A DNA stretch of 64,000 bases from Octopus sinensis (lineage: Eukaryota). Positions 27,376 through 39,807 of this stretch are shown here, one piece after another. Each line of letters starts with the position of its first letter. The stretch's first letter is position 1. The translations under genes and the position numbers were made by a program. The notes under the pieces were generated by a model. It did not search any database, was not told where the DNA came from, and was given only the letters and a program-made list of their open reading frames with translations. The DNA is taken from the NCBI RefSeq assembly GCF_006345805.1, contig NC_042998.1, forward strand, positions 133,920,001 through 133,984,000, given 5' to 3'.

Positions 27376-27526
27376 CAGATATACATATACATACAGATAT
27401 AGATATACAATATAGATATATATGTATGTATGTATATATTGTATATATATATATATATGCTGTTTCTGTATATATTTGTACGTCTGTGTGTGCGTGTATG
27501 TGTGTGTGTATATGTGTGTGTGTGTG
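25456..27526. repeat. ~1056-bp direct tandem duplication (2 copies)
   Basis: GCCGTTTCTTAGGTGTCATCAG at 25456 and 26512; copies differ mostly by small indels; (TG)n at the junctions. Confidence 0.92.
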
Positions 27527-28896
27527 TATTTATGTGTGTGTGAGTGCATTTATGTGTGTGTTTGTGTACATGTATGGGGATTGGCATTGTTTCATATTTT
27601 TGCAGACCCGTTAAACACATACCAAATGATCATTCGCAACAGGTTTCAGAGGGGAAATTTGATTTACAACCATATCACAATTTCTTTCCTTGCATATAAT
27701 CTCCCGTACCATGCCTTATCCTTTCTCCCTCTCTTTCTCTCTCCCTTCCTCTTTCTCTCTCTCCCTTCCTCTTTATCTCTCTCCTATCTCCTCTCTCTCT
27801 CTCTCTCTTCTCTCTCTTCTTCTCTCTCACTTTCTCACTTTCTTTGTCTCTCCCAATCTTTATTTCTTTCTTTCTCTTTCACTTTCTCTTCTACCATACA
27901 CATTAATTTCTTTCCATCGTATATATGTGTGTGTGTGTATGTATGTATTATATATATATATATATGTATGTATACGGGGGTATATGCATGTACATGTGTA
28001 TGTCAGCATATGTGTGTCTGTGTATGTATGTATGTATGTATGTATGTATGTATGTATGTATGTATGTATGTATCTATGTATGTATGTATGTATGTATGTA
28101 TGCAAGTATGTATGAGTGTATAAACTAGCTTTCTTCCTCTTGTTCTTATTTTATTCTAATTACAATTACACAGTAATATTTTGACGTGTGTGCGTGCGGG
28201 CATTTTATCTTTTCTGTTACTTGTTTCAATCATTAGACTGCGGCAATACTGGAGCAAAGTGTTTGTTTAATAGCTTAACGAATATAAACACCATGTGCTT
28301 CCTTTCTGACCATATGCATATCTTTTATTATCATTAAATTTTCTTCAATGAGTTATGGCACACACACACACGTTCACACATATACATACTCGTATGTGTG
28401 TCTACGTACGTTCATGCCTATTTTAATTATTTGAAATCATTCCGTAAGGAAGAAGCTGGTTTCTCCCAAAAATACGAGGCTTTATCAATGGAATATAGAT
28501 TACAAAAAGAAATTCATATCTTAAACTTGAAAAAAGTCTTGCATATTTTTACTGTTCCGCTTACAGATTGTAATGTTAATGTGCGAGTTAGCTGGCTGGT
28601 TTCTTTTTCTGAAAACCCCCCAGCTTAACCATAACCAACAAAGCCAAGTATAGCAATTATTATTGATGCCAAAGTAAACTTATTTTCCAGATTTAGAACT
28701 TGGAAGTTTTGAAATAGTTGTTCGTAGTTAGCCTCTTTATGTATGTATGTATGTATGTATGTATGTATGTATGTGTATGTATGTATGTATGTATGTATGT
28801 ATGTATGTATGTATGTATGCGTGTATTTATGCATACATTTCTATATTTAAGAGATGAGGAATTATGTACAGATATTTGTCATCATCTTGTTTTTTT

Positions 28897-29068
28897 GTTA
28901 ACACGTTTCGGCTGATATACTCTCCAGCCTTCATCAGGTGTCTTGGGGAAACTTTGAACCAGGGTTCTCATTCCTAAGGTATTTTTCGATGTTGTGTTAT
29001 TATTATTATATTATTATTATGTATTATTATTATTATATTATTTTTATTATTTATTATTATTATTATTA

Positions 29069-29115
<47 letters not shown>

Positions 29116-29164
29116 TCACTGCCTGGAATCGAACTCTTAACCGCTACGCCATATGCCCGTGGGC
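28897..29164 (-). mobile_element. tRNA-headed SINE-like element (family D) with internal (AAT)n and a hammerhead-like 3' tail
   Basis: Minus: TGGCGTAGCGGTTAAG (A-box-like), GTTCGATTCC (B-box), (AAT)n, then GACAC-CTGATGA-A-GGCTG-10nt-CAGCC-GAAAC-GTGTT; inverted partial tail copy at 29261-29308. Confidence 0.75.
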
Positions 29165-29409
29165 AATTATGGACTGAATTTTAGGGCTAATATTTTCCTA
29201 TACTTCCTATACTTCCTTAATACTGGCTCCCATATGCTATTCGTGTCTGCACTCAGTCTGCTTAGGAATGAGAACCCAGGTTCCAAATTTCCCTAAGGCA
29301 CCTGATGAATGTATGTATGTATGCATGCTTGTATGCATGCATGCATGTACGCATGTATGTATGTGTGCGAGTGAATTTGATACGCGGTAAATGTGTGAAA
29401 TTCCGTTGT

Positions 29410-30020
29410 GTGTGTATGCACCGGAACGCTGAAATACTCGGGTTGGTGTCCGAGAGCGCAGTAAGCCCACTGGAAATGTAGAACCCTTGGTTTTTGTAAA
29501 AGTATCACTCTAGGAGACGGTTAACTCGTATATAAAACGCGCTGCTCAACTAAGCGCTTTGCTTATCTCTGGGTTTCTTTGTGTTGCTAGTGAGAGTCGT
29601 AGCAGTGTTCTGAAAGCTGCACTCGACCTAAAACATTTGCACGGGCACTAATGACACTCTGTTAGCGATTCCTTTGCGTTTCCCAGGAGACGGGGTTAAT
29701 TTCAAAGTACTTCAGCGAGCCTTTGAGCGCTTTTTCTGTCCACCTTGCGTGCGCTTGCCTTCCACCAGTTCGCTGTAAAACTGGCTCCTGGAGAGTCGCG
29801 TGTCAAGCATTCAAACGAGGTGGCAAGCCCACCTGACTTCCGCTCTCCTCACCTGCGTGTAAATGCTTGGCAGATCACTCGAAAGACGACCTCCGTCTTG
29901 ACAGGTGATTTTCAATAGCTTTCTCAGCAAATTCCTATAGTGAAAGAGGAGAATATATGAGACTATTCTGATAACATGATGAAGGAGGAATGATTGATCT
30001 GTGAGGCACAATTGTGAGTA
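29410..30020 (+). promoter_or_regulatory. Candidate TATA promoter or non-coding first exon in a CpG-richer unique island
   Basis: TATATAAAA at 29529-29537, locally raised GC and CpG, GTGAGT donor-like site at ~30016; no coding signal. Confidence 0.25.
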
Positions 30021-30626
30021 CATAGATTGTACTCCACCTTGATAAGTAATACTTATTACTTTGATATAAATCTTGATGGAATGTCGGTCAATAATATACG
30101 TATGTATATTGTATGAATATATGTATTATGAATGCATCTTTGGCCTATAGTTGGGTATTTAAGTGTTAGCTGCAGCACTATATTTGATGTTCTCCACCCT
30201 TATCTGTTATCTTTTATTTGTTTCAGTCATTTGACTGCAGCCATGCTGGAGCACCGTCTTTTAATTTTAGTTGAATGTATCGATCCCAGTACTTCTTTTT
30301 CTAAAAGCCTGGTACTTAAACTATCGGTCTCTTTTACCAAGCCGCTAAGTTAAGGGCACATTTACACAACACCACCAGTTATCAAGGGGTGGTGGGGAAT
30401 AAACACACACACACACACACGCACGCACAGACACATGTACACACACACACTGACATAAGCACGTGCGCAATCACACACACGCGCACAGACACAAGTACAC
30501 ACACACACACATACACATACGCACAGACACACTCACATACACACACGTACGGACACAAGCACACACACGCATAGGCACAAATACGCACACACACATACAC
30601 ACACACACGCACGCACAGACACAATT

Positions 30627-30668
<42 letters not shown>

Positions 30669-30671
30669 TGT

Positions 30672-31000
30672 GAAGGCGCATGGCTCAGTGGTTAGAGTGT
30701 CAGGCTCACAATCACGAGATAGTGAGTTTGATTCCCGAACCGAGCTGTGTGTTGTGTCCTTGAGCAAGACACTTTATTTCATGCTACTTAGCTGTAGAAA
30801 TGAGTTTCGATGTCACTGGTACCAAGCTGTATCGGCCTCTGCCTTACCCTTAGATGACATCAGTAGCGCGGAGAGGGGAAACTGGTATGCATAGCCGATC
30901 GCTGGTCTTCCATAGACAACCTTGGCCGGACTTGTACCTCGGAGGGTAACCTTTTAGGTGCAACATCATGGTCATTTATGTCCGAAGAGTGTCTTTACCC
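30672..31000 (+). mobile_element. SINE family B
   Basis: AAGGCGCATGGCTCAGTGGTTAGAG...TTGTGTCCTTGAGCAAGACACTTTATTTC. Confidence 0.88.
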
Positions 31001-31033
31001 TATATATATAAGAGAGGTATTGGTATCCAGAAG

Positions 31034-31261
31034 GCGGCGAGCTGGCAGAAACGTTAGCACGCCGGGCGAAATGCTTAGCGGTTTTTCGTCTGCGTTACGT
31101 TGTGAGTTCAAATTCCGCCGAGGTCGACTTTGCCTTTCATCCTTTCGGGGTCGATAAATTAAGTGCCAGTTACGCACTGGGGTCGATGTAATCGACTTAA
31201 TACCAAGTCTGTCCTTGTTTGTCCCCTCTGTCTTTAGCCCCTTGTGGGTAATAAAGAAATA
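31034..31261 (+). mobile_element. SINE family A with 12-bp TSD
   Basis: GGTATCCAGAAG at 31022-31033 and 31262-31273. Confidence 0.92.
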
Positions 31262-32085
31262 GGTATCCAGAAGACCCAAGGTGACAGGTAAGGCTATGTA
31301 AGTGCTATGCAAAAGGAACAGGCGAGGAGAGAAGAAAGAAAAAAGAAAGAGGAAGTGAAAAGGAAAAAAAAGGAGTGTTACTTGGTGGTCAAGATATTGT
31401 GAGAAGGAGGGAAAGGAGTAGGGGAGGGAAAGGAGTAGGGGAGGGATAGGAAGAGATAAGAATGTAAGGAATGAATATGTGTGAAGAGTGGGAGGTGGGG
31501 TGATATGTTTGAAAGGCACTAAGGTGGAGTGATGGGTACAGAAGGGGTGGAGTTACTAAAGTAAGAAGTGATCCTCCAAAAAGAAAGGAAGAATAAGATA
31601 TAATGGTCAAGTTTCTAAAAATAGCCGGAAGTATTTATTGCGCTGGCTAATGTGGTAGTGGGGGGGTGCTGAGGAATCACAGAGAGAAAGAAAGAAATGT
31701 ATATTGATATACTCACGCGCGCGCACGCATACATATACGTGTGTATATTCACTATTATATAGGCCCGCATACTTATGTACTTAAACCCATACGCATATAT
31801 GCATATATATATATTTATATATGTGTAGATATATGTGTGCGTGTGTTTGCGTGTTGGCATGTATGTGTATATGAGTGTGTGTATGTATGTGTATGTATAT
31901 ATATATATAAGCGATAGTCTTCTTATTTACCTAAAATTCTATTTATTCATTTATTTACTTTATCACTGATTCTTTTGACCACTCCCCTAAGAAAGACAGT
32001 TTGTGCCCTGCTTACCCAAAAAATGTCCCCCACCACCACCACATTAAACCTGCCTAAATGTATAAATGCCAAAACTTTTTTGATA

Positions 32086-32222
32086 GCAAGCTTCCTGATG
32101 ATTTCATTTGAATGAAACAGTTCTAGTCCTGTAGAAGCTCCTTCTATAAAATAAATTAATTTACTCTGCTATGTATTGAGTACCTTATTTACTGTGGTTA
32201 ACCCCGACTCAACCCGGGACCT
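32086..32222 (+). mobile_element. Short element with an HHR-like motif ending on (TA)n; second copy at 36325-36460
   Basis: GCTTC-CTGATGA-T-TTC-ATTT-GAA-T-GAAAC-AGTTCTA-GTC-CTGTAGAAGC ... AACCCGGGACCTA-(TA)n. Confidence 0.6.
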
Positions 32223-32519
32223 ACATATATATATATATATATATATGCACACACACACCACACATAGATATATGCATACACACATACACATGCGTACATA
32301 TACATACATATGCATACATACACGTATATACACACACGTATATACACACACACTCACACACACCCACGCGCGCACACACACACATACACATATATGTGTT
32401 TGTATACACATCCATATACATGCACGCATACATGTATACAAGTCTAAATATGTATTATTAAACAATTAAAAAATAAGCTTGAAGAGTTAAAAAATTAAAA
32501 ACGGAGACAATGGAAAGTC

Positions 32520-34750
32520 AAATAGGTTCATTCCTTGCGTTCGAGATATGTACTGTGTGGTGATTTAGGTTGCATTTAGATTTGTGGTAAAATTTGAAGG
32601 TATGAAAAAAAGACCGGTGGTTGCATGTACCTACGGCCTCGTTATATTTATTTGGTAGTATTGAAGAGTTGTGTTTTACTATGTGGAAAACCTCTTTTAG
32701 GCATAGCTTACAGGCTGAGCGTTGACCCTGGTATGGAAGTCCTGAATCTATTATGGACCAGGACAAGTTGCAAGAAGTATTTCTATTTTTGAGATGATGT
32801 ATGTGACTGGCGAGTGTTGTGGATTTACTGCATTTCTTATATCTAAAAGAATTGAGATGCGCAGCGTATCGCTGTTTAAAATTTATAGCTGACCCTATAT
32901 ATATGGTTGTAGAATTGTGTGACGTGTTGAGGGCGGTGCATTTATAAATTACGTTAGGTCTTCTGCAACGGGTTTGTAAAGAGCAGATGGTCCCAGGGCG
33001 GCAGTTACATAGTAGTGCATTGTGGGGAGGATTCTCAGGAATAGAGGAGGTAATGCTGTCTAAGGAGAAGTTAGATGCAGGTAAAAAGTAAAGGGATACA
33101 GTGAACTTGCCGTGGGGAGTGGAATATTCAACGTTTCGGATTCAATCCTTCGTCAGGGGGCAGAGAAAAAGAAAAGAAAAAGAGGAAAAGTCAAACATCC
33201 TTTCACCTCCTCTTAATTCTTTTTTACCCTTTTTTAATCCTCCTTCCACACTCTCTCTCTGCAACATTCCTGTATTTACTTACCTCTACTCTCTCCATCA
33301 CCCTTTTCCTTTTCCTTTCTGCATGCCCTCTCCGATAACTTCTGTTTCATGTTAGCAGCCCGTGTTATTCTGCGTCCATTATCAGTTGCAGCCAGTTTTT
33401 CAAGTTAAGGGATGTAAACTCTGTATGACTTTTTTCACTTTTTCTTCTCTTTTTTTCTGCCCCTTGATGAAGGATTGAATCCGAAACGTTGGATATTCCA
33501 TTCCTCACGGCAAGTTCTCTGTACCCCTTTTACTTTTTCCATATTTTTCAAGTCTTGCCAACGCAGAGCTTCTAGATTATTGCCTGATTATTAAATATGG
33601 GTAGATTGGTCTACGTTAGTAACCTTATTATTACTATCATCATTACTATTTCTATCATTATTGTTATTTATCCTATCTGTAATAGTGGTGGAGGAGATGG
33701 TAGTAGTATTCTGGTTTGTGTTAGTGGGTTTGGTTGGGTTTCAGTTGTGGTCTAAATTATGAGGTTTGATATTGAACCTATGTGTATGTTGGGCATTCGT
33801 GTGTTCAGAGTTGTTACAGTGTAAATTTTGATAATAGAAAGTTTTCGTCTATTAGAGGCTGTTATGACAGACTGAAATTTGGGCGGGGAGGAGTAAGATA
33901 GCTTTAAGGTAGAGCTATTAAATATAGAGCAATATTTATATTAACGAGGGAAGTGGAGTCCTGTTCATTAAAAAAGGATTTAGCTAAGTTCTTAACGTTT
34001 AGAGAGAAGTGAGGAGTATACCATAGAATAAAGCGTCCGCCGCTTTTTTTTTTTGCTTAGGACCAGTGTATTTTATATTGTTAGAAATTAGTGCGGGGTA
34101 ATATGGCCCGTTATTGTTAGATGTTTTAGCTTTTGACCTAGTGTTATATATGTGCGTGTGTGGTCTAAGTTGTCTTAATCTGGGTTCTCCCGGGTTCTAG
34201 TGTAGTGTATGTGTGGTCTGTTGTGATTCTGATGGTCAGCATGTCGTTGTGATATGATTTGATATATATGTTCCTTGAGCCTAGTATTAAAGAGGTATTT
34301 TATTTGTTGGGAGAAGCCACTGGCAGCGAGCGCTTGGTTGAAATATGGGGCGTGGTTATTGAATATTTCCTCAGTGGATGGGAGGTCAGATATACGAATC
34401 GAGATACCCTTAACTATATTATCAAAGGTGGATTTGTGGTGACTGGAATGAATGTTTAAGTACTTAAGGTATAGTTAGGTTTCTGATATTGGAAGGTTTA
34501 AAGCTACTTCTAAAAAAATTAGTGGTTTTGTGGGAATTTTCAAAAGTAATAGATAGGTTGAGGTTAGAGAAGAATTTGTGTAGATCTTTCCTAACTTGTT
34601 CTAAAGAGGATTTATTGATGCACTTTGTGATTAGCAGGGCGTCATCTCTGTAGAGGCCTCCCTTGATGTTAGGGAAATGTATTCGGAGCTGGTGGAGAAT
34701 GTATAGTCCAACGAAGTTGGTGACTTGGACAGAATCGGATGTTGAACTCT
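32520..34750 (-). mobile_element. Penelope-like element pseudogene (5'-truncated RT, linker, GIY-YIG), interrupted at 33083-33538
   Basis: Minus peptides VGLYILHQLRIHFPNIKGGLYRDDALLI (RT), FNSSTLKLSYSS (linker), CNCRPG...NVIYKC...IYIGSAINFKQRYAAHLNSF and WSII..PY...CKLCLKE (endonuclease). Confidence 0.88.
33083..33538. repeat. PLE 3'-end remnant with ~110-bp inverted arms (33083-33193 and 33426-33538), each with an HHR-like motif
   Basis: CTGACGA (minus, 33150-33156) or TTGATGA (plus, 33464-33470), then A-GGAT-TGA-ATCC-GAAAC-GTT-G; weak stem I. Confidence 0.75.
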
Positions 34751-34781
34751 ACTGTTTCCCTCTATTTAACCATCTCACATC

Positions 34782-34829
34782 GTCTCTAATGAAGAGATAT
34801 CCCTAATATCCCAGAAACAGCTGTAAGAC
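34782..34829 (+). ncRNA. Degenerate minimal hammerhead in an inverted pLTR-like segment at the PLE 5' end
   Basis: GTCT-CTAATGA-AGAGATAT...ATATCCCA-GAAAC-AGCT-GTA-AGAC; G5-to-A core change; antisense to the PLE ORF. Confidence 0.6.
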
Positions 34830-34892
34830 TAACTTTCTCTTTATAAATGTCCTAAAAATTCCACACAGCCTTGACTTTGTCGTCTCATTTTT

Positions 34893-34967
<75 letters not shown>

Positions 34968-35021
34968 GCATATATACATACATACATACATACATACATA
35001 CACATACATACATACATACAT

Positions 35022-35052
<31 letters not shown>

Positions 35053-35054
<2 letters not shown>

Positions 35055-36234
35055 GGGGTGGACAAAATAATGGAAACATCTAGCATCATAGCATCATAAT
35101 TTTGAAATAGCTATAAAACCGTCAAAAGCTTGTTTATTTTTATGTTTTTTTAATTTATTATTAGTGTTGCTTAATATGTTTTTTTTCTAAAATTGCTGTT
35201 TCTTTTCAGATATCATCAGAAAAAAGGTAATTAAAATTCATTAAAATGACAGATCTATCGGACTTTCAAAGAAGTCAAATTGTTAGTGGTCGTATGGCAG
35301 GAGCTAATGTGACGAAAACAACCGAAATATTTGGTGTATCAAGAAGTACTGTCTCAAAAGTAATGACATCCTTTGAGAAAGAGTGAAAAACCTCCTCGTC
35401 GAAACAAAACTCCGGAAGCTAATCAAACTTTCAGATAGGGACCGGTGGACTCTTATGCGAATTGTTAGAAAGGATCACAAAATACCGCAGAAATTAATGA
35501 CCACCTCGAGAACCCAGTTTCCACAAAAACTGCTCGCCAGGAGCTGCACAAAGCCGGATTTCACGGGAGGGCTGAAATCAGAAAACCACTACTTTCAAAA
35601 TCAAACGTTGCAAAGCATTTAGAATGGAGTAAATACTATAGAATTGGTCCCTAGATCAGTGGGAGAATGTTATTTTCTCGGACGAGTCATCCTTTAGCTT
35701 ATTTCCAACCACCGGCCGAGTATATGTATGGAGACAGCCAAAAGAAGCATTGGACCCAGACAGCCTTGTTCCAAATGTTAAACATGGAGGAGGATCTGTG
35801 ATGATCTGGTGGTGCTATATCTTGGAAATCCGCCGGCCCAATGGTTTCCCTTCGTGGAAGAATTAATAGTCAAGACTATTTAAGCATTTTAACTGATCAA
35901 ATTCATCCTATGGTTGCAGAACTGTTTCCAGATGGAAACGCAATCTTTCAGGATGATAATTCACCAATTCACACAGCTAAAGTTGTAAGTGAATGGCATA
36001 AGGAAAATTCTAGTGAAGTTGAACATCTTATCTGGCCACCAGAGTCCCTAGATCTCATTATTATTGAACATTTATGGTACCTTTTAGAAAAAGAAGTAAA
36101 GAGTCAATATCTTCTACCATCATCACATACCTCGTAGAATTCAAGCTGTAATTACTGCCAAAGGCGGTCCTACCTGATATTATAAATAGTTGCTTGAAAT
36201 TTTAAGGTGTTTCTATTATTTTGTCCAACCTCTG
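35053..36234 (+). mobile_element. Defective Tc1-like element with DD36E spacing
   Basis: TIRs CAGGGGTGGACAAAATAATGGAAACA and (reverse complement) CAGAGGTTGGACAAAATAATAGAAACA; ATG 35246 MTDLSDFQRSQIV; FSDES; FQDDNSPIH...WPPESLDLIIIE with 36 residues between D and E; frameshifts and stops. Confidence 0.92.
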
Positions 36235-36273
36235 AGTGGGTATATATATATATATATATATATTTATATTATA

Positions 36274-36460
36274 TATAGAAGGAGCTTCTAAGGACTAGAA
36301 CTGTTCCATTCAAGAGAAATCATCAGGCTTCCTGATGATTTCTCTTGAATGAAACAGTTCTAGTTCTGTAGAAGCTCCTTCTATATAATAAATTAATTTT
36401 ACTCTGCTATGTATTGAGTACCTATTTACTGTGGTTAACCCCGAATCAACCCGGGACCTA
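36274..36460 (+). mobile_element. Same short element as 32086, preceded by a ~52-bp inverted copy (palindrome centred on CAGG-CTT-CCTG)
   Basis: TATAGAAGGAGCTTC...ATCATCAGG mirrors CCTGATGAT...GAAGCTCCTTCTATA; (TA)n on both sides. Confidence 0.8.
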
Positions 36461-36472
36461 CATATATATATA

Positions 36473-36512
<40 letters not shown>

Positions 36513-36564
36513 ATATAATTATTATATATATATATAATATATATATATTATATATATATATGTA

Positions 36565-36595
<31 letters not shown>

Positions 36596-36712
36596 GTGCT
36601 TATATATATATATATATATATATATACTATAATATATATATTATATATATATATATCTATATATAGATATATATATATATATATATATGTATATTATATA
36701 ATATATATATAT

Positions 36713-36745
<33 letters not shown>

Positions 36746-36758
36746 TATATATATATAG

Positions 36759-36798
<40 letters not shown>

Positions 36799-37141
36799 GA
36801 TATATTTAATATATATATATATATACACACACACACGGACGGTTTCCTTCGTTTTCGTCTACCAATCCACTCACACGGCCCGCGCTTTAGTATGTATGTT
36901 TTTATGCATCTATCTACAGGTGTGTGTGTCTGGGTGTGTGTCTGTGTGTGTGTGTGGTGTGTTGTTTGTGTGCGTGTGTGTTTGTGTGTGTGTGTGCGTG
37001 TGTGTGTGTGCATGTGTGTGTGTTGTGTGTGTGAGTGTATACAGAAGAAGAGTGACAGAGAGAGAAAAGATAAAAGAAGAATGTGCATGTATATATGTAA
37101 GTGTGGGTGAGTGGGTGTCAGCACGTAATGGAATGATAGAT

Positions 37142-37227
<86 letters not shown>

Positions 37228-37329
37228 CATACATACATGCATACTTACATACTTACATACATACATACATACTTACATACAAACATACATACATGCATAC
37301 ATACATACATACATACATACATACTTACA

Positions 37330-37363
<34 letters not shown>

Positions 37364-37640
37364 CATACATACATACGTACATACATACAAACATACATAC
37401 ATACGTACATACATACATACATACATAAATACACTACATACATACATACATTACGTACATACATACACATACGTAATACATAATACATACTACTACATAC
37501 ATGACATACATACATACATACATACTGCAGACATATACATACATACATACTACATACATACATACATACATACATACATACATACATACATACCATACAT
37601 ACATACATACATACAACATACATACATACTTACATAATAC
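36460..37640. repeat. Large compound microsatellite block: (TA)n, (TG)n, (GATA)n, (CATA)n
   Basis: Direct reading; representative of dozens of such tracts in the window. Confidence 0.97.
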
Positions 37641-38311
37641 ATAATACATCATATTAACTGTATATTTCACCCAACGATTTCTTTGTCAAACAGAAAAAAA
37701 AACGACGGAGAACTAGTGAATAATTGAATTACAGGCACAATTATAGACCATTTAACCTACTTCAAACATGCATGAAAAGCAGTAATTTTGACTGTTAATA
37801 AAACAGAAATAAATTATAAGAGTAAGCGAATACAATATGCAAGGACAGCGAAGGTAAAGAGACTGTGTTAGTCTATAAATCAAAGGAAATATCATTTAAC
37901 ACTATATTAATACATGCTGACTGGATTTGTTGTATACATGACTGCGCCTGCGTCTGAATGTGTGTGCGTGTTCGTATGTGTGTGTGTGTGTATACGTGAA
38001 TCTATGCTTATGTGCGTTTGTGTATGTACACATGCATGTATTTGTGTATGAATGAATGAATGAATGAATGAATGAATGTGTCTGTGTGTGTATGTATGTA
38101 TGTGTGTACACGTATTTCATTGTCTTGCTTTAGTGATTGGAGTGCGCTCAGGCTGGAGGAGTTTTTTCTTAGTTTGTCTGACTTCTGTATCTTTGGGAGG
38201 GGGTGGGAGTGCGCGATCAAAGTTACCACAGTTGTTATTCTGTCTGGGACTTGTTCTATCGAACTATTTTCGCCAAACCGCATATTTAAAGGGACGTAAA
38301 CAAAGCTATAC

Positions 38312-38543
38312 CTATTTCTTTATTACCCACAAGGGGCTAAACACAGAGGGGACAAACAAGGACAGACATAGGTATTAAATCGATTACATCGACCCCAGTG
38401 CGTAACTGGTACTTAATTTATCGACCCCGAAAGGATGAAAGGCAAAGTCGACCTCAGCGGAATTTGAACTCAGAACGTAACGACAGACGAAATACGGCTA
38501 CGCATTTCGTCCGGCGTGCTAACGTTTCTGCCAGCTCGCCGCC
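38312..38543 (-). mobile_element. SINE family A with ~16-bp imperfect TSD
   Basis: GTAAACAAAG(A)CTATAC at 38296-38311 and 38544-38560. Confidence 0.9.
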
Positions 38544-38620
38544 GTAAACAAAGACTATACGGTTACCAATCAGTCGGGGACACAACACAACGCACACATA
38601 CACAATGCACATATACACAG

Positions 38621-38657
<37 letters not shown>

Positions 38658-38661
38658 ATAT

Positions 38662-38713
<52 letters not shown>

Positions 38714-39044
38714 TACTTATATATATATATATATTCGATGGGTGAATGAATTATCCTATGTTTACCGTTAACATGGAAAATTCAATGAACCGTTACTAGG
38801 GTAACGTCAAATCTACTAACGGTTTTTTAAATACTTAATAACGTTCTGTTTATCATGTAGGCAGTCATCGTAATTGTTATAATGTCTTGTTGAGAGAGGC
38901 TCTCTTTCTTTCTTTCCTGATGAGAAGATTGCATCTTACAGCGTTTATTCCTTTGGAATAAAACCATGTTGTCTTCGAAACATATGTCGAAAGTAAAGGA
39001 ATTTTATTAACATCTTCGTTCAACTACATTTATTTATTTATTTA

Positions 39045-39118
<74 letters not shown>

Positions 39119-39139
39119 TATATATATATAATATAGATA

Positions 39140-39740
39140 TTACAGTGAACATGCCGTGATGAGTGGAAAATTCAACGTTTCGAACAGGTGCCTTTTACAT
39201 TGGAGAAACAGGTCGATGCCTAACTGATCAGTTTCGGGACCATAACTGAAACGTACTACTATAAATCCCAGGCCAACCTGTTGTCATCCATTTGAGCGCT
39301 ACCACTTACCATGGATCCACATTCTCAAGGAAACAGAAGGAATTACATTTCTTATTCGAACTTGGACCCATATTTTCGTCAAGTTTAAATGAACGTTTTC
39401 ATTCTCCGCCTACGCTTCATTTTAACTCATTAAATCCTTTCTTATCCTTCAACTCTCTTGTCTCCTCATCTTTTCCCTTCAACTCACTTTCGATTTTGCC
39501 TGTTTCTTCTCATTCCATTACACTTTCCTTCTGTCTTCTCACACTGTTTCTCCTACCAGTTCTTATCCACGTATGGAACTCACGTGGTTCTGTGTCCCTT
39601 ATCAGTAGCTACCATTCTTTTTTAACTTACAGGATGTAAAACTCTGCTGTGTTTCATTGATTTCTTTTCTTTCATCTTTCCCCTGAAGGAGGACTGCACG
39701 AGACGTTCGATTTTCCACTCCTGGCGATAAGTTCACTGTA
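39140..39740 (+). mobile_element. PLE 3'-end fragment with inverted terminal copy (same family as 33083-33538)
   Basis: Peptide FLFELGPIFSSSLNERFHS (PLE endonuclease tail type); TACAGTGAAC...GAGTGGAAAAT mirrored at ~39700-39740; decayed CCCCTGAAGGAGG...GAGACGTT. Confidence 0.6.
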
Positions 39741-39807
39741 CTTTTTTATTGGTTTTACAATGTCTTGCCAATGCAGATAGTTTGTGGGTGGGGTGAGAGA
39801 GAGAAAG

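Noticed and set aside
39222-39262. CTGATCA...GAAACGTAC hammerhead-like string
   Set aside because: G8 is mutated, there is no NUH in register and no stem I
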